NCBI GenBank assembly: GCA_030141605.1
Contig: JAQGDQ010000327.1
Coordinates: forward strand, 124,001 to 188,000
Direction: 5' to 3'
Length of the DNA stretch: 64,000 nt
DNA from: Tubiluchus corallicola
Taxonomy: Eukaryota; Animalia; Priapulida
The position numbers and the translations under genes are program-made. A model generated the notes under the pieces. It saw only the letters and a program-made list of their open reading frames with translations, did not search any database and had not been told where the DNA came from. Of this stretch, positions 54,600 through 64,000 are shown one piece after another (position 1 is the first letter of the stretch; the number at the start of each line of letters is the position of its first letter).

Positions 54600-55830
54600 C
54601 AACAGTATTCGGCGACATCATACATTTTTCATAAAACACAAATCTACAGTGTAGAGATGCTACAAACTAGCACAGTAATAAAATCCCAAAAATCTTGTGC
54701 CTTATTGGGCAGATAGCAAAACCCCCTAACTGCAACTTTAAAACTTGTACTCAATCTTTCTAAAGCAGACGAATTTAGTTTCCATAAACAAAAACCTGTA
54801 AAAGTACAACAGTAAGTAGAAAGTAAAGAACGTCTATATTGAGGAGGAATTGTGGCTAAGTCTGAGATCACTTGATTAGCTTTACGTATAAAATAAATTC
54901 TTTTGCTATTTATATCGTCGTCATTTTCCAATCTAGAAGTTGATGATGAGACCTAAAAGATTAACTTTAGTGAGCCATTTTAAGGGCTATACTACAAGAC
55001 TATATATTATTATGTTAGGATGCGTTGCATTAGTTTTACGTTCAGAGAATAAAATGTAATGACTTTTCACCTTGTTGTAGCTGATATTTAAATAATTAAT
55101 GTTATATTCTCTGCCATATTGTTCGCATATATTTAACATTCTTTGTAATGCAGCGGTGCCAGGTCAAGTTTGACATATCTTAGGTCGTCTGCGTAAGCTA
55201 ATGCACCGGTAAATTGACAACCAAAACAACAGCCAATATTAGTGTCATGAAGCCGTATTAACATATCATCTAAGTAGACATTGAAGAAAGAAAGAGGTAA
55301 AAGAGCTCCCTGTCGAACCTCATTACTAACATTAAAATTATATGAGTTATAAGTTAATACAGTTCCACACGACACAGGCTTCTTGCTACGTGCACATAGC
55401 AAACAAAAGTTCATAGCAAGTTCCGTGTTATAAGGATGAAATCGAGTGCTTTCGAAGCATCTATTAGTGAACAGAACACATCCGAACCATGACTTTTGTA
55501 ATACGATACAGTTTCGCTTAAAAGTAACACATTGTAGTAGATAGTTTTGCCTTGTATCCAAATTATAGATCAGATGTCATGAGCTTGTCGTTGTCCTTTT
55601 TTAAGCAATTAAATCAACTATTTTACCAATAATTGCAGAAATTAAAACAATACCCCTATAATTAGTTTTATCTTTTATGCTGGCAGTTTATCTTTCACAA
55701 TCGGAATAACAGTTGCAAGAAAAAGATTATTTACAATGCTATGTCTGATAAGGTAATTATACGATATGGTAGGATGCGCAAATAATTCTCTAGGAATATT
55801 TAATACATGATGAGAAAACTGTCCAGCAGA
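54600..55830 (-). mobile_element. RTEX-like LINE fragment
   Basis: FNVSNEVRQGALLP..FNVYLDDML..GALAYADD and DDDINSKRIYFIRKAN..LLSTYCCTFTG..LW. Confidence 0.8.
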
Positions 55831-56392
55831 GCGATATGTTTTTTATGTTTGAGATTGTGCTGACGCAATCAGTCAGAATGGTGACGTGACCGACTATTGT
55901 TTCAGCGCTCACTCACGAGTCGGTAAAAGACGGAGTAGTTGCGTTTTAAACTCTATCGCATATTTTTTTAATTCTTTTGGTGTTTAGAACAGTGTATCAG
56001 AATTTATTGCATTTTGTGCGCTTACTGTTTCTTTAATACACAATTACAACGTACCGCTGAAGTGTTTGAACACGTTTATTGTCAAAAAATAATCGTCTCA
56101 TTACCATGCTCGCCACGGTACCTCTGGAGATTGTGCGATGAGATAGGGTATCGCAACAAGTTGTGCAACAAACCCGGGATTTTTCACGGCAGTGATTTAA
56201 TGGTTAGTGATTTAACTTGAATAATCAACGTAAAAATGGACGGGACAAGTAAACAAAATACAAAAGTTTATAGTGCGTCCGAGAAGCTACATGAAGAAGC
56301 GTCTGAATTGACACTCGAGCCCACCCAGCAAACTGAGTTAGACGGATTTTTAACTGAGGATGAACAAACAGTAGAAAAAAATCGGATGCATT

Positions 56393-57980
56393 TATCGTGG
56401 CCGATTCTTTCTAGTCCTGATCTCAAGTACCAGTTATCGTATATGATTAATTTCTCTCTGATAATGATCTAATGTATCAATTATCTATTGCAAATTATTA
56501 TATCTCGTGATCGTATAGTATGCACGTGACTTAAGAATCGTACGACTTGTTTAAAGGTTGATTCGCTTCTAATTTCATTAATCGCTAAAAGGTTATTTAT
56601 AACCTGGCTCCTAGAGCTTAAGATTAGTCTATAGGGCTATGATTTTGTCCCACTAGACTGTTTCTACGACTTCGCGTTGTGATTAAAGTCTTTATCTCTA
56701 AAGCTTACTAGCTTAGTTCCCGCAATTGAACTTATAAATTAAATTAATGATCAGTTCACAGCGAATCCTCAGGTTCGTTATCAAATTTAAGATTGCTTAA
56801 CTGAAACACCTATAAGCATACATGAACTAATCATTTAAGTTAAAGTGAAATCTTTTATTGTTTTACAACAGTTACTCTTAGCTAATTGATATTACAAGAT
56901 TTGTTCCTAGTCGCCGCTAGACGCTCACAAATAATATTTAGCTCCAAGAGACACTAAATAGATTCACTTAACTATTTTCTTACGTCGCACTTAAGGTGCT
57001 AGTTACAATGTGAAGTATGCAATTACAATCAAACTGAATGTCACACTTAAGGTGTTTACTACACTGTGAACTATTACTATGCAGAGTTGCTCTCAAGTTA
57101 CGATATGTTAAGATTACTTAACTCGGTGGAATGACCAATATGACGACTGTTCAATTGGTCAAATCCAATTCTGATGCAAGACTAAATCGCAGATCCAGTG
57201 CTCAATTAGTTGAGTACGCAGAATGATGTCTACGCTGGTCTAACATTATCCTCGCTCTTCTCAGAATTCCAGTAGCCTCTCTCTCTCTCTCCCTCGACGT
57301 GGCACTTGGTTAACTCACAGCCAACTTGCTCCGACTCTCTCACGACTGACTTCCGACCGACTAACTAACCACGTGTTTCTCAAGACATCGGCTTATATAC
57401 CCAAACTGAGCATTCGGGACTTTCCCGCTAAACCGTAATATGTCGCAATAGGCCAAAGGTGATACCTTGGCTTGTAAGTTTACAACCATCCAGGTGGCTC
57501 GATAACACAGCTTCTTGCATGAGAAAACCACTACTTGCCCGTTCGTCCTTGCAGCATCTAGCCCTCAAAGATTGCTCTCGGCTTGGCTTGGGCCATAAAC
57601 CTTTTCTTCCAAAAAATCCACTCTTCGCTACTTCTCAATGATTATAGGCTACTCTACATAACATTACATTAAGCTTTTATCTAACTTGCAGAAAGTTATA
57701 AAAACAAGTTTCGCTTCTCCAAACTGAACACCTGTAACAAGCTCTTACACTTTCTTAAATGAACACCTGTTCTACTTCTAGTAAACACAAACACCTCTGT
57801 GAAGGTAATTTGCTTGGCATTAAATATCGTGCTTTAACCAGCTAAGTGAGTTCCCATAATCTATCAATAAATTTATCTAATCAAATCGAGGAGGTATCCG
57901 CTTTATCAACATAATCTAATGAAGTTGATAATTCCATTAATTAATTGCTAAATTAATGATTCCGAAATTTATTCATAACA
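56393..57980 (-). mobile_element. Long solo LTR, copy 2, inserted in BEL gag
   Basis: TSD CATT (56389-56392 and 57981-57984); homologous to 27990-29367. Confidence 0.85.
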
Positions 57981-58575
57981 CATTTGAAGCGCAAAAACGG
58001 GAGCAATATAGGTCGACTAAATCTGAAGCTAGTGGGCAACAACAATTTTTATAGCAAATGACAAAGTTAGTAGCGAAACTACAAATTTCACAGAAACCAG
58101 AGCAAGAACATTATTCTTTATGTCTGCCAATAGTTGACCTTCAGCGGTTTGATGGCGATATTACAAAATTCCAAGAATTCTGGGATGTTTACAAGGCAAC
58201 AGTGCATGACGACGCCAGGTATTCAGATGTAGACAAATTGACATTTTTGTGTGAGGACTACGAGGTGATGCACTAGCAGCAATCGAAGGATTCCGGGCAC
58301 AGGTGACAATTACAAAGAAGTTGGGAAAATTTTTGAAAAACGATTTGGACTTTTAATGCACACTATCGTGAACTTGAGAAAATACCTGTCGCTGCAAACA
58401 AAGCAGAAAGTCTAAAAAGTGCCAGAACGTGATTGAAAAACACTTGAGGAGTTTAGAAGTTTCAGGAGAGGAAATTAATCACAGGCACTTCCTCACAATT
58501 TTGGAAAGCAAATTGCCACATAGCGTTTTGATTCATCTACATCTTACCAAGGACAAAACTAATCAGTGGACTGCT

Positions 58576-59431
58576 GGTCAAAGTTGTGCGTTTAAAGGTT
58601 TCGGTTAAGACACTTTAATTTAGTACTTAAAATTATACGTTGTGCTGCAAATTTAGTATGGTAACCTCGTGAACACGTGGTCTATCGATTTGTGATGATT
58701 ATGCGGTTTGATAGTGCTTTGTGAAGATAATATTTATCAAAAACATATGTAGTAGTGATGCCTAATTAATTCTGGACTCGTAGACCATATGAAGGAATCG
58801 AGCTCTCATTGGTCAGGACTTGGACACTGCCAGGCGGGAACAATCAGCGTATGCTAATGTCTTTCATTATCTATTATAGTATTCAACTCGTATTCAAGCA
58901 TACCTGACTGGAGTTACCATTTATGGACATCTTGGATTTCCATTGCGCAGCAATAATAATCCCAGAGACCATATACGTGATACTACGCCTGCTCAAAATG
59001 TTAGTGTTGACAGTCTGCCCGACATCTCGTACTATGGAAGTGATTCCTCTTTAAATGAGGCAATACCTTGTATATCACCCATATTAACCATTGACAGCTA
59101 CAGGGAAACACTAATAAAATCGTTGTTTACCCCAATACAGCCATGCAAAAGTCCTGCCGTTTAGACTGACTCACCACCCACTTTGAGCTACCACGAGGAA
59201 ATGGTGTCTACCAACAACGAAATGATAAGTAGTTTACTGGCTTCATATATTTTTAAAATAGAAGCTGTTTTTATAATTTTATTAAGTCAGTCTCTTCTAA
59301 AGTGTACAGTATTAAATTTAATTAGTTTTTAACCGTAGCTGAATAGTTTTATTTATTCGCCGGTGACATAAGCTCTTGCTTGTAGTTGCATGTTTTTAAA
59401 ATCGACGTGAAATAAATATTTATCTTATCTT
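58576..59431 (+). mobile_element. About 850-bp retroposed insert (internally deleted LINE or SINE-like) in BEL gag
   Basis: Ends AATAAA-tatt-(TATCT)2. Removing it restores gag TNQWTA|KDLRIALE. Confidence 0.65.
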
Positions 59432-60453
59432 AAAGACTTACGTATAGCACTAGAAAGCAACATACATACGCATCAAACGACAGTAAGGCGACCACAATCA
59501 CCCATCACAGAAATCCAGCAGTGCAAAGAGTATGTGTTATAACCAGCAGCGAAGTAACCATAGTGAAGAAAGACATAAAACGATTTTGCTGGCAGTGAAA
59601 GCAACATAGATCAACAACCAGTAACCGAGCAAGGGTTATCAATCCAACCACGAACTGCATGTTCATTCTGTGATACTTTGGGTCACCGGGCTCAGTGATG
59701 TGAGCAATTTCCAACTCCAGAATCTCGCATTCAGTGTTTGAAAGATAAGCAGTTATGTTTCTTGTGCCTTCGTCCTTCACACCAAAAAAGTTCTGTAAGC
59801 AAAATCGTCGTACAGTGTGCTTTCATTGTAAAGGTGTCAGTTCACATGCATCTGCAATTAGTCCTCACAAATATAGTGAATCTGGTGTGTCAAATGTGCA
59901 TTATGCGGCTGTAGCTACAGGTAGCAGTGCTAATCCTGCTACAAGTTAAGTACAGGGTCACGTGATGTCAGCGCTAGTTATACAGATATTTTACAAACCG
60001 CGATGGTGTCAGTTAAATCTAATGTGTTTGCAAAAACGCAAATTGAAGCACGTATTCTTTTAGATTCAGGCAGCAATCGTTCATATATAACCACAGAGCT
60101 AGCCCATAAGCTCAATTTGCATATTCAGCTTCCGCAAGACGCTCAAGTTTCTATGTTTGGGGCAAAACAGCCAGTGAAGATTCATCAAAGGCTTGCAAAG
60201 ATCACAAAGTACTAGAAAGCTGAGCGTCCTTTTAAAACTATTCAGTGCAGAGTGGTACAACACTTAGCAGCACCAATCAAAAAAATGAATCTTACTGAAG
60301 TTTTGAATGATCAGCCAGGCAATTGGTTTTATAATTTCAAGGCTAAGCATGGTCAAGATTGTTTGGCTGACCCAACTCTTGTTTGTGATGGAGGTCTTTT
60401 ATCTATTTATTTAGGTCTATTCAAATGTTGCTTGGCTCTAGTGTATTTTGGAA

Positions 60454-63400
60454 TGTAGTTAAATCATGTAATTATCGATTGCCAAAATAAGACTGTTATC
60501 TCCCAGGCTAGCATGGGTACAGTGAAGCCAGGTGTGTTAATTCTAGAGCGTCATTATTAATTTTTGCATTACCTGTAGCGTTTGCTTAACATGCTTGGTT
60601 GCTCTTGGGGCAAATCCCGTTTTCGGTTGTATAGACGCCGGTAGTTGTGTTTTCAGTATGTACTGTTGTAATCAGTATGTTTCTGTTGATTTCTGAAAAC
60701 CGGCTTAAAGTTTTTTAAACAGATCCTCAAACGTTTGTAAGTTCATATGTTTGCTTATTTTTTATGTAGAGTTTGCAGTAATTTATTTTTCAGCTTTGTA
60801 GTTTCTGACAGTGTTTATTTTGTTATAGTGATGCCTAATTATAGATTTTTTGCAACTGTATAAAGTGCAGCATATTTGTTAATGCTTGTTCCTTATTTTA
60901 TTTGCACGTTTGCTATTGCTTTATTTTTGTTTGATGTTCTTTTTCTTGTTTGTATTGACGTTTCACCTTTTTGCAATGACTGAAAAAATAAAAATCTGTA
61001 AAACAAACAGACAGTTTCTACAGTGAAAAAACGTTTCATCATGGCAGCTGAATTGAAGAATGCGAGGTCAAAGGCCAAGAGGGCAGTCACTAAGGATGTC
61101 AATCAGGTCAAGCAGAAGATAACACGGAAAAATTTGCTGAAAGAGTTAGAAGACTGAAGGGCATCTTCAAGGAGTTCACCGCAGCACATGTTCTTATCAT
61201 CAGATATTGGAGACTGAGGATGGATTGGAAGCCAGTGATGCTTATTTCTACAAGGTGCAGGAAGACTACATCACAGTTCTGAATTTAGTAAAGCACTATA
61301 CTACAGATGTGAATCAGAAGTCTCCAGTGGGGTCACCAGTAAAGCAGACCAGTTGGGCTGGTCCAGGTATTGGTGCTGAGGACATTACCAGAGGTGAGCT
61401 GCTGAGTTTGCCTAACATGCGGAAAGTTGAGTTACAGACTTTTAATGGAGATCCTTTTCAGTGCCATCAGTTCACTAAAGCATTTGAGCAGCACGTTGAT
61501 TGTATTTGTGCTGACAGTGATCTCAAGTTGTCCAGGCTTATGCAGCATACTGATGGGTCAGCCAAGATAGCCATTAGTGGGTGTCAACTGATTGGTGGAA
61601 ATAGGGGGTATGGAAAAGCAATTGAAATTTTGGATAAGAGGTTTGGCAATTCACACCTTGTGACTGAGCATTTATGGTAAACCAGTAAGATCACAAGAGG
61701 TGCAGTAGCTAGGGGATGAGATGAGTAATGCAGTTGTTGTTTTGGGCCAGCTGTATCAGTTGCAGGAAGTTGATTCTCAAGCCATCATTTTAGAGATTAT
61801 CCAAAGATTACAGCCGCACATCCGAATCACGCTGGAAGTGAAAAAGAACACCGGGGCATATCCAGGTTTCAGGTCGCTGGTGGAGTTGATTAAAAATATT
61901 GCAGCAGACATCAATGATCCTGTTTATTGTCATTTTAGTATGAGGAAACAGAGTAACTCAAATGAGAGATGTGCAATACTGCCATCCAATTTTGTTTCAA
62001 CTGTGGATGGTGTCAGACCTAACAGAGGATGCCCTACACCAATGCAGTATCCTAGGTTGCAGTCATATGCTAAACCAGAACCACCATGTTTTCTTTGCAG
62101 TGAACATCACCGGTTGTGGCGCTGTGAGCAATTCAAGAAGATGAATATTTATGATAGACTTGCTCAGAAGTTCAAGTTATACCACCGCTCATATGACAGG
62201 GAGGTGTGGGAAGAAATTTGTTTGTTCAGGCTGCGGATGTAGCAAGAAACATACCATGTACATTCATGTAGATGAGCCCAGTACTACAGAAAGCGCTGAT
62301 GTTATGGTGTCTAATGCCTGTACTTCTACACGCGGTAATACTTGTATGCCAGTGGTTCAGGTAGTAGTCAATAATACATGCCAAGCACGAGCACTATTAG
62401 ACACGTTCTACCAGTTCCTTTTGTTCTCGAAAGTTGGTTAGACAGTTTGGAATAACTGGCAGTAAGGAGGATTATCAACTGAGGACACTGAATAGATCAT
62501 CTGTTAAATCTTCTGAAGTGGTTAGCCTTGCTATTTCGCCCAGTGCTGGAGAGTCGGTCAATATGTCAAGAGTCTATGTCATTAACAAAATACCAGCTCA
62601 GTGTGAAGGAGTGGACACCAACAAGTATTCACAACTTTCCGACATTGTACTTCCTGTTGGCAAGCATCTTCAGAGTTCGGGCATTGACATATTCATTGGG
62701 CAAGATAATGCGGAAGCCCTTGTAATGCCAGGAAAGGAAAGAGAGGAGACCCCTTCGCTGTGCAATATTTGGTTGGTGTTTGAATGGCAGCAGGACTCCA
62801 TCTGTAGCCAGTCAGAGAGCTATTTCTCATTTTGTGACCCTCCTGTCAATTGAAGAGGAAGTGCAGAAGATCTGTTACATTGAAAATGAGGGCACAGATA
62901 ATACATCATGGTCACGGGAAGACAAATCCATAGTAGAAATGTGGGATGAAGAATGCCACATGGTGGGTAGCCACTTTGAGATTCCCATCCCATGGAAGGA
63001 TAGAAGTGAACCACTTCCGAATAATTTTGTGGTAGCAAAGGCATGTCTAGAATCACTTGTCAAGAGACTCAATAAGAGAAATCTTTTCCAGTGATATAAT
63101 GATGAGATTACCAAGCTTGTTGAGAATGGCTAAGCAGAATCCATACCTGCATACGACATTTTTAATGCAGAAAGAATATGGTACTTGCCTCATCATGATA
63201 TTATAACCGAGAAGAAGCCAGGCAAGCTTAGAGCTGTATTCAATTGCGCCAGTAAATTTCATGGAAGGTCTTTGAATGAGAAACGCAAGCAAGGCTCAAA
63301 TCTCACCAATAAGCTTTTACATGTTCTTCTTCATTTCAGGCAGCACCTTAAGCTGATATAGAAGCAATGTATAATCAAAGACAGAGATGCACTTCATTTC

Positions 63401-64000
63401 TTATGGTACAAGAATGGTGATGTAGTGCATTATTGTATGACTTCACATTTATTTGGTGGCATCTGGTGCGCAGCCGTTCTACTTATGCTCTGCAATGTGC
63501 AGCCATGTACGAATGTGCGGCCGTGGACTCCATCATGAAGGACATTGTCATGAAGTCATTCTATGTTGATGACTGTCTAAGATCAGCTGCCACACTTGAA
63601 GAAGCATGCACGGTTATACACGATGTGCCAAAAGTTTTGATGAAGTCTGGTTTCAACTTAACTGCTTTTTGTTATCAATGACAGGGAGTTGCTTTGCGAA
63701 ATACCACAGCATAAACGGGCAAAGGAAATCAAAGTTTTTGGAATAGAAGCATCTGGAAGGGTGCTAGGTGTTGAATGGAGCATCATATGAAATGAGTTCT
63801 ACTTAGTGGTTGACAAGAAACTGTTACAAAATGACAATATTTCCAGAAGGAAGATGTTGAGTATAGTGTTGTCCACATTTGATCCCCTAGGTCTTTTTGG
63901 ACCTCTGGTTTTTACAGGAAAGTTGCTGTTTCAGGACGCAACTAGCCATAGGCTGTCTTGGGATGAAGTTGCCCCATCTGATCTTAGTATTAATGGAGCA
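60454..64000 (+). mobile_element. Third BEL/Pao element: 5' LTR 60454-61022, gag, PR and RT, running off the window
   Basis: LTR TGTAG...CTACA with AATAAA. Gag ATG at 61041 (MAAELKNARSKAKRAVTK), ELQTFNGDPFQ, CFLCSEHHRLWRC, ARALLDT, YLPHH..KKPGKLR and FYVDDCL; stops and frameshifts throughout. Confidence 0.92.

Larger units (their letters stand above)
55846..60453 (+). mobile_element. Decayed BEL/Pao element (gag-protease) carrying two nested inserts
   Basis: Gag LPIVDLQRFDGDITKFQEFWDVYKATVHDD..DVDKLTFL, Cys/His knuckles at about 59650-59870 and protease ARILLDSGSNRSYIT. A possible LTR starts TGTTTG at 55846. Confidence 0.88.

Overview
AT-rich eukaryotic (metazoan, probably invertebrate) genomic DNA, not prokaryotic: spliceosomal GT-AG introns, long microsatellites and many decayed, nested transposable elements. 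Two host genes are supported. (1) The 5' part of a NUAK/ARK5-type AMPK-related kinase on the minus strand: coding exons 5656-5868 and 1653-1773, candidate non-coding leader exons up to about 14.9 kb, and the rest of the gene left of the window. (2) An unrecognised small single-pass membrane protein gene on the plus strand: exons 49894-50047 and 51234-51490, plus a possible micro-exon at 49473-49491. The remainder is mostly Ty3/Gypsy and BEL/Pao LTR retrotransposons, CR1/L2- and RTEX-like LINEs, TTAA-targeting Kolobok-like and Sola3-like DNA elements and pogo-like MITEs, often nested several layers deep. The most notable observations are a glycogenin N-terminal fragment embedded in a BEL/Pao gag, the orphan membrane protein ending in a PDZ-type motif, a solo-LTR family with TG...TA ends and CA(C/T)T target duplications, a uORF-rich candidate leader on NUAK, and a 145-bp-arm palindrome at a LINE tail. 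I found no evidence for a new multi-gene system. All calls come from reading the sequence by eye, with no database search.
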